Below, piece by piece: positions 49,801 to 58,688 of a stretch of DNA of 64,000 bases. Source of the DNA: Nitrosopumilaceae archaeon. GTDB taxonomy: Archaea; Thermoproteota; Nitrososphaeria; Nitrososphaerales; Nitrosopumilaceae. Both the position numbers and the translations under genes were made by a program. The stretch spans positions 704,001 to 768,000 of the forward strand of contig CBDBCR010000001.1 in the NCBI GenBank assembly GCA_965203465.1, given 5' to 3'. How positions within the stretch are numbered: position 1 is the first letter of the stretch; each line of letters begins with the position of its first letter. Under the pieces are notes generated by a model. The model made no database searches. It was given only the letters and a program-made list of their open reading frames with translations, and was not told where the DNA came from.

Positions 49801-49935
49801 GACGAGTTTAGCAACCTGGACTTGGGGGACAACAAAGAGCCCGCGTACGAGCTTGTCCGCAAACTGTGCGAGTCTCACGACCAAGACGTCAAGAGCAAGG
49901 CTCTGGAGATCGTGGAAGGGCACGGCCTTCACTAG
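46807..49935 (+). CDS. KAP-family P-loop NTPase with two TM helices and long helical C-terminus
   Basis: QDRFGH, IALYGKWGVGKSS, DVWK, two TM segments, IAIDNLDRC, FLGKFFQV, NPRKIRQF. Confidence 0.88.
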   Translation: MDPGSPDARPGLFRPDEPAPSVRQDRFGHGDFVELLKYVIRNGEAPLNIALYGKWGVGKSSILKFFRTEVSRDKNLNDKFVFVPIDVWKLSPRILKQEFLDALNQELGSLTDEEMNERLWHHKEETSDRSASLRKRYALATAGGVGLFAALAAASQYFPTYFENHPWMSSSFLISVVPFFVAMLQELGRLSKSVAKSRKTIIPRIESYAQFRKLFEDIVNAKSGKKPIIAIDNLDRCDSESVVAILGMIKTFLDDPKCFFVVACDQDAIIKHLQVKKGLFDQRYAKEFLGKFFQVSLYIPDQIKGQLYEYAKSQLGAFEPDIEFDPNVADIFANAGTRNPRKIRQFVYNFAIAYRMASIKENAGAIAKGTVTGNAPFLAKITVLREDWPDFFQKLEKKPALLKRIQEFIDGSSEHDYDEILKHNEGLENFLRSTRTVKSAQILAFVNLNQESFEASLSKLDRLIVAVNQDDAESVKEIVLEDPEKQHEYVLKLCSLVQEYVENGRNLVAGNALGVLVDMHGVVNEESKEKIIELLDRFMAGSDMLKNLRTFDVDALFSITPSLDSDTKERIYLEYSESLSVPDGEFLILKKLIGKAPLVSSLVCDNIDRKLGSWAQKNENLFYDMTALLIASDVHAKFIKDDILRGIIGAAKSGKDKWTERYLELKYLARENVKRAFVERMLSSVVAKKGESMPADHRKKYETLGKMSPDDFTADAAKHAYDVLKGPARHYADAGDKALAAGIILKIYAKLDPADREEFAADVFAPLLGQSGPQNLAPLAEVVRKEGIRILELEAAADAVFSLLRNAPSRESVDLMYAGVPEGKWADVEEKIVQIHDADFGKVEVLASAFELSARAPEELRAKALGRMAQSCQSFSWVQQSSIHRKLSKALGSESGLMGAFADGLSFGLVSNDRSEIDAYLELAGECLGKVAETKRREIFSALFDKLQQYPPPKKDRSMLKFLMSKNKSMDQGEKGQLGGVVIKILRTNNSSLIGEILDEFSNLDLGDNKEPAYELVRKLCESHDQDVKSKALEIVEGHGLH

Positions 49936-50168
49936 AACAGGCGCAAACGCACAGGCTCACGTCTGCAAAACGGCGGATCGGCCGCCTGCGCGGGTCGGCG
50001 AACGGGCCGAGAGGCGGCTGCCTGGCCGGGCAGCGCCCGCAACCCGCGCCGCGGCGGGAGGCGGGTAGATTCACCGCCGGCAAACTACACGTGCCGCGCA
50101 AGAGCGCACCACCCCCGCCCTCCGGCAAAACCAACAGTATTATTGCCGCCCCGGACGGCGCGCTCCGC

Positions 50169-50681
50169 ATGGAATACGGCGACTTTTCCGTGGTAAAGGA
50201 CACCTAGGTGGGCGAGGGCACGGTAATACGGGGCCACTGCAACATCTTCGGCTCCAAGATAGGCAGGGACTGCAAGATAGGCCCCATGGCCTACCTCGAG
50301 CCCGGATCCAGCATGGGCGACCGGAGCACGCTGCGCCCCGGGTGCCACATAGGCGACGGCGTCACGATAGGAAACGACGTGTTCGTGGGGCCCGGCGTCT
50401 ATACGACCAACGACCTGTACCCCGCGCCGCTACACGTGCCGCCGCTAAAGACCGACATATGCGACGGGGCCGTGATAGGGGCAGGCGCCATACTGCTGCC
50501 CGTCCGCATAGGGTGCAAGGCGTTCGTGGCCGCCGGCGCGGTGGTCACGCGCGACGTGCCAGATTACGCCGTCGTGGCCGGCTCGCCGGCAAAGGTAATC
50601 GGCAGCACAAAGGATACAGCCTTTGTCGAAAAGCAGAGGATGCGGGACGCCGGCAAGGATCCGAGGGGCCCTACGTCCTAG
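50169..50681 (+). pseudogene. hexapeptide-repeat (WbpD/WxcM-like) sugar N-acetyltransferase interrupted by an in-frame TAG
   Basis: MEYGDFSVVKDT*VGEGTVI... (TAG at 50205-50207); left-handed beta-helix repeats; VFVGPGVYTTND, GAVVTRDVP..AVVAGSPAK. Confidence 0.75.
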
Positions 50682-52326
50682 GGACCATCTGCAGGGCGCG
50701 GTAGTAGGGGTACCCGTTGGGCAGCTCAAAGTCGGTCGCGACCACGTCCAAGCCGTTCCTTTCGGCGGCCGATTCGACGAACCACGCCTGCAGGCACTGG
50801 TTGGCCAGCGGTATCTGCGAGGCGTCCATGTCCGATATACAGTCGAACTTTTCGGGGTACGTGTATATCACAAAGGCCACGTCGGTCCTTACAAGATCCA
50901 CGTCCTCGGCTGCCAGCGCCGCCCCGCGCCAATCAGGATCGAAGCCGGTCCCGTTGTCGGCCCCTATCCGGACCTTTACGGGCACGTGCCTCCCGTCCAT
51001 CTCGAAGAACAGGCTGCGCGTCCAAAAGTCCATCTCGACCGGCGCCAAACCTTGCTCGGACAGGTAAGCGTCGAGGGCCCCCACGGCGTGCGCGTACTGC
51101 GAGTAGGGCTGGCCCGCAAGGTGGGAATACCCGTCGGACACCACCGGCGCCTGCACGGCGACGACCGCCGCTACCATGCAGGCGGCCACGGCCCCTCCGC
51201 GCAGGGCGCGCCCGCGCGAGATCCTCGCCGCGATCCCGTCCAGGCTGCCCCCTATCAGCATGAATACAAAGGGCACCATTATCCCCAGCTGCATTATGGA
51301 GAGGAACGAGACGGTGAACGTGCTGGCCACAAACATGACCGACAGCAATACGAGCAGCCCCGCCGCCCGCCTCCAGTTCTCTTTTTTCCCGGCCACCCAA
51401 AAGAGCGCGAACCCAAAGCCGGCCGCGGCCAGCACCAAAAAGGTCGGATCGAAGGGCTGCCAGCCGTCCAGATTCGCAAAGGTGAACCCGTGGTGCGGCT
51501 TTGCCAGTATCTCGAACAGGTGGTACGCCCGCACCGCGAGGTTGTGCGCCAGGTCGAAGTTGTCCGAGGCCAGGGTGGCGCTGTCCCCCGATACGGTGCG
51601 CAAAATCAGGGCCGTCGGCGACCCCTCCGGGGACATGACGTGCTGCACGGCCAGCGGGACGGCCCCTACCGCCGACGCGCAGAGCGCCCACGCGAGCCGC
51701 ATCCTGGAAGGGGCGCGGTTTCTGAAGGCCGCCGCCCAGAGGGGCGCTGCGGCCAAAACCCCCAGCACGAACCACGCCGTGAACAGGTACGCCCACAGCA
51801 TCACGAATACGACAGAGAGCGCCGCCCACAAATTCCACAGGCTCCGGCCCCTGAGGAACCTCATGCCAAAGTAAACGGCGCACAGCGCCAGCGCCAATAC
51901 AATCCAGTCGTACGTCATGCTCTGACGGGAATAGAATATGACCAGCGGGAACGCCGAAAACAGGGATACGGCGATGCCGGCCGCGCGCGCCGAAAAGAGC
52001 TCCCGGGTGGCAAAGTACAGCGATATCTGTATCAATATGGTGGAAAACAGGCTGTACGCCCTTATGGCCTCGGCGCTCGGGCCCAGCGCCCACTGGAAGG
52101 GCAGCGACGCGTACGCGCCCAGCGCCCCTATGTACGGGCCGTAAAAGACCGGAAACGGCCCCAGGTAGTTGCGGTGGGCCGGCTGCACGACGTACGCCTC
52201 GTACGCCCCGCCCGGCTCTAGCATGGGCAGGGCCATGAACGGCAGCGAGGTCTCGTCGGGCTGCAGGGGCGGCAGGCCGAAATGGACAGCGTGCAGGCCG
52301 GCCATCGCGCACGCGGCGGCCGCCAA
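50671..52326 (-). CDS. GT-C fold (ArnT/PMT-like) membrane glycosyltransferase
   Basis: QPDE motif after the first TM, many TM helices, soluble C-terminal domain; start codon uncertain. Confidence 0.7.
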   Translation of the reverse strand: MAAAACAMAGLHAVHFGLPPLQPDETSLPFMALPMLEPGGAYEAYVVQPAHRNYLGPFPVFYGPYIGALGAYASLPFQWALGPSAEAIRAYSLFSTILIQISLYFATRELFSARAAGIAVSLFSAFPLVIFYSRQSMTYDWIVLALALCAVYFGMRFLRGRSLWNLWAALSVVFVMLWAYLFTAWFVLGVLAAAPLWAAAFRNRAPSRMRLAWALCASAVGAVPLAVQHVMSPEGSPTALILRTVSGDSATLASDNFDLAHNLAVRAYHLFEILAKPHHGFTFANLDGWQPFDPTFLVLAAAGFGFALFWVAGKKENWRRAAGLLVLLSVMFVASTFTVSFLSIMQLGIMVPFVFMLIGGSLDGIAARISRGRALRGGAVAACMVAAVVAVQAPVVSDGYSHLAGQPYSQYAHAVGALDAYLSEQGLAPVEMDFWTRSLFFEMDGRHVPVKVRIGADNGTGFDPDWRGAALAAEDVDLVRTDVAFVIYTYPEKFDCISDMDASQIPLANQCLQAWFVESAAERNGLDVVATDFELPNGYPYYRALQMVPRT

Positions 52327-52457
52327 AAACGCGGCCTCTTTTTTGGATACCGTGTCCGGCGGGGCCCCGCCGGCGCTTTATAACTCTCCGTCGCGGCGCC
52401 TTTGTTCTTGCGCCCGCGGGGGGCTTTGGCCTCCCGGACGGACTCCCGTACTCCGCT

Positions 52458-53408
52458 TCAGTTCGCGCCCTGGCCGTCTTTGGGCCGCCCGCCCGAGAGT
52501 TTTTTGAGGAACACGATGCCGGCCCCGGTCAGAAACCACGTAAACGACACCCTGTACATCAGGGCGAAGAGCAGCGCCTGCGCGTATCCTATGCCGTACA
52601 GGCCCGTCAGGATACCGATCTGGCCGCCCTCGGCCACGAACAGGCCGCCGGGCACGAACGAAAGAGCCGCCACGATTACCGAGACCGAGATAGCAAAGAC
52701 GGCCTCCGCAAAGGCAAGGTCGATGCCGAGGCCCAGCATCAGCACGTATGCGCCGGCCATGTCCATCAGCGGCACGGCCGTGCCCATGCCGGCCGATATA
52801 GCGAAGAACCTCGGGCGGGTCAGCTCTGACAGAGTAGTGCTCGATTCGGCCGCGTCTGGCGCGAACTTTGAGAGGAACCTTATCCTGCCTATCCGGGCCA
52901 GCATGCGCTCGACGAGGTTCTTTCTGCGCGAGACGATCAGGGCCGCGGCTATAAGCGAGGCGGGCAGCGCCAACAGCGCCGGCTCGGAATCCGAATAAGT
53001 CATGCTCGCCGCTAGCAGCACCGACAGGCCCACCAGATCGTAGAACCGCTCCAGCAATACGAGCGGGACGGTCCTCGACTTTGCGGTGCCGAATTTTTCC
53101 TTTATGAATATGGAAATGACCGCCTCGCCCATCCGCGCCGGCGTGACCAGGAACGAGAGGCCCGCCACGTAGTATCTGGCCGTGTCCTTGTAGGAGATGC
53201 CGGGCACCATGGTGCGCAGCCACAGGTGGTAGCGCAGTACCCGCACGGCCACGGACGCGGAAAATATCCCCAGCACCAAGGGCAGGTAGTGCCACTGAAA
53301 CCCCTCCAAGCCGCCTGCCAGCTGCGGCCAGTCGCCCGCCAGTATCAGGACGCTGTATATGGCGACGCTGGCGGCGGCTATCTTCCAGAGGTGTTTGGAG
53401 ACGTCCAC
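52458..53408 (-). CDS. lysylphosphatidylglycerol-synthase-TM / flippase-like membrane protein
   Basis: LRYHLWL, TPARMGE, LERFYD, PGGL.VAEG, LMYRV; TATTTAT box ~23 bp upstream of GTG 53408. Confidence 0.82.
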   Translation of the reverse strand: MDVSKHLWKIAAASVAIYSVLILAGDWPQLAGGLEGFQWHYLPLVLGIFSASVAVRVLRYHLWLRTMVPGISYKDTARYYVAGLSFLVTPARMGEAVISIFIKEKFGTAKSRTVPLVLLERFYDLVGLSVLLAASMTYSDSEPALLALPASLIAAALIVSRRKNLVERMLARIGRIRFLSKFAPDAAESSTTLSELTRPRFFAISAGMGTAVPLMDMAGAYVLMLGLGIDLAFAEAVFAISVSVIVAALSFVPGGLFVAEGGQIGILTGLYGIGYAQALLFALMYRVSFTWFLTGAGIVFLKKLSGGRPKDGQGAN

Positions 53409-53509
53409 TCGCCGGAGCCGGACTGCTGGTGATAAATACCGGCGCGTCCGGGGCCCCCTGCAAGGTCCGGCTCCGGCGCGAGCAAAGCGGTTCCTGCCGG
53501 GCGCGCGCA

Positions 53510-53532
53510 AATTACACGCCGCTGGACAAGAG
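53510..53532 (+). repeat. 23-bp direct repeat, copy 1 (partner 56734-56756)
   Basis: AATTACACGCCGCTGGACAAGAG identical at both positions, with imperfect similarity for ~12 bp further left. Confidence 0.9.
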
Positions 53533-53570
53533 GGGGTTGCCGCATAATTCCCCAGAATGACGGATTCCGG
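53533..53570 (-). mobile_element. solo IS terminal repeat matching 11732-11769
   Basis: GGGGTTGCCGCATAATTCCCCAGAATGACGGATTCCGG is the reverse complement of 11732-11769 with one mismatch. Confidence 0.75.
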
Positions 53571-53820
53571 CGCATCCGGGGCCCGGTGCCCGCAGGGGGG
53601 CCGCGCAGATCAGTTTTTCCCCGACTCGTGCCTGAACCACGTCCAGCTCACGCAGATTTGGAAGAACAGCCTAACGCTAACTCTATAAACGCCGGATCCA
53701 ACTGCGTCCATGCGAGACGGGCAAGATCTGCGCCCGAGTTCCAGAAACGGAGCCCGGGCCGCTCAGGCAATGCCGACTGCAAGGGGCGACAGGGCGCCGG
53801 AGAATGGAGCGTGATCGACG

Positions 53821-55551
53821 TTGGAACTTGTAGCCGTCTCTTTTGAAAACTACAAGAGCTTCAAGGAGCGCATCGAATTGGACCTCGGCCGGATCACCTA
53901 CCTGATCGGCCCAAACGGCGCCGGCAAGTCAAACGTCTTTGCGGGCATAAATTTCATTTCGGCGATGGTTCAAAAGGAGGATCGTCCGAGCTTGGATGAT
54001 TGCTTTGACGGGATGCAAGATGCGGCCACAACCTTTTCGTTCACGGTGAAATTGTCCGAAGACGAACGGCGCAGACTTGGGAAGGATCGCGGTCATGGCG
54101 AAATCGTGACTCCAGACAACAGTGCGTTGAAGCTTCTAAAACACGAAGTGTCGTTTCAAAACAACCGGCAGATACGACAAAAACTTTTACTGTCGGATGC
54201 TGGCGGAACGCTACGGCTCGTGCAAGATCTGCGTATCGACGATGATGTGTACAAGCTAGACGACCGTGTAGGTGGAAGCATGGGTCTGAAGGCCGAGTAC
54301 ACCCTGAAACTGAACCAAGAAGATTTAGCCGCCCTGCCTATTCAGGATTTTATTACTGCTTTTGACCAATCTTTATACCGCCTCATGACTGCCCTGTTCT
54401 CTTCTCTAAGATTGGTGGGAGAGCGTAAAAAATTCCCAGGCAGTGCGTCCGTGAGCCAAGACGACGAAGTTTCATCGGACGGCGATAATCTACCAAACCA
54501 ACTAATGACCGTGTTCAATGATCGATCCCAAATTCAAAAATTTAGCAGCAAACTCAACCACCTTTCTTCGGGGGCGATTGACGGAATCGATTCAAAATTG
54601 CAAGGAACAAAAGCCGTGATAGAATTACAAGAAAAATGGAGAAAGAGCACCACCGACCCTTCTGAGATCAGCAGCGGACACCACCAGCAGGTCATCCTGT
54701 TGTCTTTTTTGGCTCGGTTCAAAGAACCGCTCGTCATGATCGAGGAGCCAGAGCTACACCTGCACGCATCGGTTCAAAAAAACCTGCTCGATTTCATACG
54801 TGACCATCTTCCCGACAAGCAAGTGATCATAGCTACGCATTCCCCGATATTCGTAAACGTCTCGGAGACCGAATCGACGTTCCTGCTGTCTAAAGACGAA
54901 CGGGGATCGCACGCGACTCCGATTTCCAAGTCCAACGCTAATTTGATCCGGCTGCGCATGGGGATCGACCACTCAGACATCCTCGGCGGCGGACACCTGC
55001 TGTGCGTGGAGGGCCTGTCGGAAAAGACAGCAATACCGGCGCTTGCGCGCAGGCTGGGGTACGAGGCGGGTCCGTCCCCTTGGATACTGGACCTCGAGGG
55101 GTACGGCAACACAAAACACTTAGAGCTGCTGCTCAAATACTTGGGTATGGAGGACAAGAAGTTCTTCATCCTTTTGGACAAGAACGGCAAAGCTCGAGCT
55201 CATGTAGAACAGCTCTTAAAAAAAGACAAGTTTACGGAAGATCAGTGCTATTTTTTGGAGGGCAATTTCGAGGACCTGTTTCCAAGCAGCATGCTGGCCG
55301 AATGCAGCAGGCAGCTTGCCAAAGAACGCGGCGTCGCGCTAGAGCTGTCCGGGGAAGAGCTGGAGCGGCGCAGGAAGGAAGGCAGCGTTACGGACGTGCT
55401 CGAAGAAGCGTGGCAAAGGCGCGCGCCGGGGCACGGCTATCCAAAGAAGGATCTTGCAGCACTCTTGGCCCGGGAGCCGGGAGAGGTGCCGGAAAAAGCG
55501 GCAGAGGCCGTGGGCAAGGTCATGGCCGGGCTCGGGATATCGAGGGCATAG
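53821..55551 (+). CDS. OLD-family ATP-dependent nuclease (ABC ATPase plus TOPRIM)
   Basis: FENYKSF, GPNGAGKS, ISSG, MIEEPELHLH, IATHS; TOPRIM CVEGLSE...LLDKN, NFEDLF. Confidence 0.88.
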   Translation: MELVAVSFENYKSFKERIELDLGRITYLIGPNGAGKSNVFAGINFISAMVQKEDRPSLDDCFDGMQDAATTFSFTVKLSEDERRRLGKDRGHGEIVTPDNSALKLLKHEVSFQNNRQIRQKLLLSDAGGTLRLVQDLRIDDDVYKLDDRVGGSMGLKAEYTLKLNQEDLAALPIQDFITAFDQSLYRLMTALFSSLRLVGERKKFPGSASVSQDDEVSSDGDNLPNQLMTVFNDRSQIQKFSSKLNHLSSGAIDGIDSKLQGTKAVIELQEKWRKSTTDPSEISSGHHQQVILLSFLARFKEPLVMIEEPELHLHASVQKNLLDFIRDHLPDKQVIIATHSPIFVNVSETESTFLLSKDERGSHATPISKSNANLIRLRMGIDHSDILGGGHLLCVEGLSEKTAIPALARRLGYEAGPSPWILDLEGYGNTKHLELLLKYLGMEDKKFFILLDKNGKARAHVEQLLKKDKFTEDQCYFLEGNFEDLFPSSMLAECSRQLAKERGVALELSGEELERRRKEGSVTDVLEEAWQRRAPGHGYPKKDLAALLAREPGEVPEKAAEAVGKVMAGLGISRA

Positions 55552-55565
55552 CGGGGCCCCCGGCG

Positions 55566-56516
55566 CTAGTCCGTCGGCTCGGCCGGATCAGTAAACGGCT
55601 CCAGCCGTATCTTCAAATTCTTGGTGTATTCGGCCTTGTCCGGGTACATGCTGGCCATCATGTAGTGTCTGCCCAAGTCATTCGCGGCGATCCCTAGAAA
55701 CTGTTCGGTTTTCTCCCAGAGCCCGAGCTCCTTCAAAGGCCCGCTCTGGGCGTTGGCCAGCAAAAACAGGCTGAAGAAAGACAGATGGGTGGCAAAATCC
55801 ACGAAGCGCTCCGTCAGCACCGGATCGCGCCGGATCTGAAACTTCCCGAACGGGTTTGCGTGGGAGCTGGAGTTGAGATGCGCGTACAAGACCGCCTGGT
55901 CCTTGAGGGCCTTGTCGCTGTAGAGGCATCTGCGTACGCGCCCGGCCGAGTATTTTCTGCGGAGTTCGTCGAACTCGCCTGACGTGATCTTCCCGTCGAG
56001 AAGCTTTCGGGGTCCGGGCAACTGCAGAAACTCCTCGAACGGTTGTGGGCGTTTTTTGTGCGGGTTCTCTGACACCCATTGGGAATGAAGGTCTATCAAC
56101 TCGAAGTGATTGACGGCTTGCGGGCGCCTCATGAGATAGAACGACTTTTGGATGGACTCGGCCACGGGGCGCATCAGGCACTTGCATGCGGCGACAAGGT
56201 CCTGTTCAAGGGCCTGCACCGCCGGAAGCAGGTAGCTTGCGTTATGGCCGAGCGTGAACAGGACGTAGTTTTCTGCCCGGATCTGGCCGGAACCGTCTTG
56301 CGCGCGACCGCTTTTGGTCCCGGCAAGGTTCGGGTTCGATGCCCTGTCGCGCAGGTATAATTGAAAGCCGAGCAGGCGCTCAAAGAGGCCGCCCGGTTGG
56401 ATGCCCTGCCTCCCGAATTCGAGCCTGTTTTTTTCCAGCGATCCCGCAAAATCGACAAAGGCGCCGAGCGCAAAGGCGCGCAGGTCTTGTGCGGAGCGGC
56501 AGTCCGGCAAATCCAT
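55566..56516 (-). CDS. hypothetical protein, DUF5677/HEPN-like
   Basis: LMRPVAES and LYAHLNSSSH motifs in an all-helical protein; ATG 56516 (MDLPDC). Confidence 0.55.
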   Translation of the reverse strand: MDLPDCRSAQDLRAFALGAFVDFAGSLEKNRLEFGRQGIQPGGLFERLLGFQLYLRDRASNPNLAGTKSGRAQDGSGQIRAENYVLFTLGHNASYLLPAVQALEQDLVAACKCLMRPVAESIQKSFYLMRRPQAVNHFELIDLHSQWVSENPHKKRPQPFEEFLQLPGPRKLLDGKITSGEFDELRRKYSAGRVRRCLYSDKALKDQAVLYAHLNSSSHANPFGKFQIRRDPVLTERFVDFATHLSFFSLFLLANAQSGPLKELGLWEKTEQFLGIAANDLGRHYMMASMYPDKAEYTKNLKIRLEPFTDPAEPTD

Positions 56517-56733
56517 GCCCGGCTGCAGCAGCCGCCCGACTAAAGGCGTTATGCGCGATCCCCAGTCGACCGTCTTGCGCGACAATTGGAACAATCGGCT
56601 AGGCGCGCCGGCCTTGCAGGCTGCCCGCGCCGGGCATCTTGGCCGGACAGACTCCGCCGAAAGTGGATGCCGAAGTCGCCACGCTCCGTGCATTGTGCTT
56701 TAGGACCGGGCGGCGCCCTAGCCGGCGCGCGAG

Positions 56734-56756
56734 AATTACACGCCGCTGGACAAGAG
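56734..56756 (+). repeat. 23-bp direct repeat, copy 2
   Basis: Identical to 53510-53532. Confidence 0.9.
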
Positions 56757-56793
56757 ACAATATTTATACGCATTTGGCCGGCGCCTGCGACGT

Positions 56794-57918
56794 ATGGAAG
56801 GCGCGGGCATAAGCGGCATAGAGTTCGGGTATCCGGAGCACAAGTACTCTACTGCCGAGATGTTCGACATTCTGGGGCCAAAGCTGTCCGACGGGGTGCG
56901 GCAGAACGTGCAGCAGCTGGGCGTGGAAAACAGGTACTTTGTGAGGCCCATGGAAAGCTATCTCGGGAACGGCCGCGCGGACAGGCGCGACGGCGAGCCC
57001 ATATCCGATCTCTCGGCCGAGGTGGCAAAAAGGTGCCTCGCGAACCTGGGGCTCGACCCTTCGGACATAACGTGCCTGGTGGCCGCCTCGGAGAACAGCG
57101 ACTACCTCAGCCCGGGGCTGAGCGCCGTGCTGGTGCGCAGGATAGGGCTGTCCAATTTCGTCCCGCACTTTAACCTGCAGGGGATGGCCTGCTCTACCTT
57201 TCCCAAGGTGCTGGAGCTGGGCAAGAGCCTGGCGCGGAAAGAAAGTGACAAGGTCCTGGTGGTGATCTCGGGGTGCAACTCGGGCTGGTACCTGCCGCAC
57301 CTGGGCGACGGCACGGCCGTCGTGAACCCCAAGGAGATGGGGGACTTGCCGGATCGCGAAAAGCGGATCAAAAAGTGGGTGTCCACCATGTTTTCGTTCC
57401 TGTTCGGGGACGGCGTGGTGGCGTTCGTGCTCTCCGGCGGCGCGCCCATAAGGGTGGGCCGGGGCGAGCACGCCGTCAACTTCGACCAGCAAGACTACCT
57501 AAAGGCGTGCGTGCGGCTCAGGCCCAACCTGCCCGACAAGTCCTACGAGTACGAGCTGACCGCCGGCAGCCGGGTGATCGACCTGGCCCTGGACTACTCC
57601 AAAAAGGTGGTCGGAAAGTTCCTTGGCGGCGAGTTCGACGAGGGGCGCTCGCGCGAGTACATGGGGGGCATGGACAAGGTGATGATCCACACGGGCAGCA
57701 TGAAGATACTCGATGGGTTCAAGAGGGTTTACAGCCTGCGGGACGGCCAGCTCCGGGAATCGTACGAGACGCTGCGCGACTACGGGAACCTGACCGGCTG
57801 CAGCATCCCCACGGTCATGCGGAAGGCGTTCGTGGAGAACGGCGGGGCCCGCAGGGGCGTGCTGGTCGGCATAACGATGGGGTTCGGACTGGATGTCGTC
57901 GAAGTCGAAAAGGACTGA
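56794..57918 (+). CDS. type III polyketide synthase / FabH-like condensing enzyme
   Basis: GVENRYF, SPGLS, QGMACS (Cys), LFGDG, IHTGS.KILD (His), YGNLTG (Asn); TATTTATA box at 56761-56768. Confidence 0.82.
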   Translation: MEGAGISGIEFGYPEHKYSTAEMFDILGPKLSDGVRQNVQQLGVENRYFVRPMESYLGNGRADRRDGEPISDLSAEVAKRCLANLGLDPSDITCLVAASENSDYLSPGLSAVLVRRIGLSNFVPHFNLQGMACSTFPKVLELGKSLARKESDKVLVVISGCNSGWYLPHLGDGTAVVNPKEMGDLPDREKRIKKWVSTMFSFLFGDGVVAFVLSGGAPIRVGRGEHAVNFDQQDYLKACVRLRPNLPDKSYEYELTAGSRVIDLALDYSKKVVGKFLGGEFDEGRSREYMGGMDKVMIHTGSMKILDGFKRVYSLRDGQLRESYETLRDYGNLTGCSIPTVMRKAFVENGGARRGVLVGITMGFGLDVVEVEKD

Positions 57919-58636
57919 GCCAAAGACCGCGATAATCACCGGCGCGTCGGGGGGCTTGGGCGCGCGGCTCGCGGTATCCCTGGCGGGGGCAGGTCTCAAC
58001 CTGGTGCTGACCTACAACAAGAACGGGGGCGCGGCCGCCAAGCTCTGCAAAGAGCTGCCCGGCGAAGCCGAGGCGGTGCGCGCGGACGCGTCGAGGTACG
58101 GCGACGCGCAAAAGGCAGTCCGGCTCGCGGCCAGGCGCTTCGGCGGGGCCGACGTTCTGATCAACAACGCCGGCATCCACGACGACAGTCCGGTGATCAG
58201 GATGTCCGCCAAGCAGTGGGATTCGGTGATCGCGACCAACCTAAAGGGGGCGTTCAACTTTACCAAGGCCGTATTGCCCGGCATGAAGGCGCGCGGGTTC
58301 GGCCGCATAGTCAACGTCTCGTCGTTCACGGCCTTTTCGGGCACCGCCGGCGCTGCAAACTACGCCGCCTCCAAGGCGGGCATCGTGGGCCTGACAAAGT
58401 CGGCGGCCCGCGAGGTGGCAAGGTACGGCATCACCGTCAACTCGGTCTCGCCGGGGTACTTTGACGCCGGGATGTTTTACCACCTGGACCAAAAGGCGCG
58501 GGAGTCCATAGTCGGCAGGATACCGGCCGGCAGGCTCGGCAGGCCCGAAGAGCTGTCCGAGCTGGTGCTCGTGTTGATCTCGTGCGGGTACATCACGGGG
58601 CAGGACTTTGTGCTGGACGGCGGGTTTTCGGCGTAG
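57893..58636 (+). CDS. fabG: FabG-like short-chain dehydrogenase/reductase
   Basis: ITGASGGLG, NNAG, NVSS, YAASK, VNSVSPG; overlaps the condensing-enzyme gene. Confidence 0.82.
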   Translation: MSSKSKRTEPKTAIITGASGGLGARLAVSLAGAGLNLVLTYNKNGGAAAKLCKELPGEAEAVRADASRYGDAQKAVRLAARRFGGADVLINNAGIHDDSPVIRMSAKQWDSVIATNLKGAFNFTKAVLPGMKARGFGRIVNVSSFTAFSGTAGAANYAASKAGIVGLTKSAAREVARYGITVNSVSPGYFDAGMFYHLDQKARESIVGRIPAGRLGRPEELSELVLVLISCGYITGQDFVLDGGFSA

Positions 58637-58688
58637 GCGGCGCGGCCGGCAGAGCTTTTGTCAGATGCGCGTGAACAGTTCCGAATTC

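Noticed and set aside
46807-49935. QatABCD system
   Set aside because: No QueC or TatD genes are present.
50081-50104. Weak similarity to the 23-bp direct repeat (CAAACTACACGTGCCGCGCAAGAG)
   Set aside because: Needs several mismatches and gaps; could be chance.
50205-50207. Pyrrolysine or amber recoding
   Set aside because: TAG is the true stop of many genes here, and no pyl genes or suppressor tRNA are seen.
53533-53570. Tn3-family inverted repeat (GGGG start, 38 bp)
   Set aside because: It lacks Tn3 internal consensus, and the other copy abuts an IS5-like transposase remnant.
53821-55551. Gabija or retron-associated OLD
   Set aside because: No adjacent UvrD helicase or reverse transcriptase.
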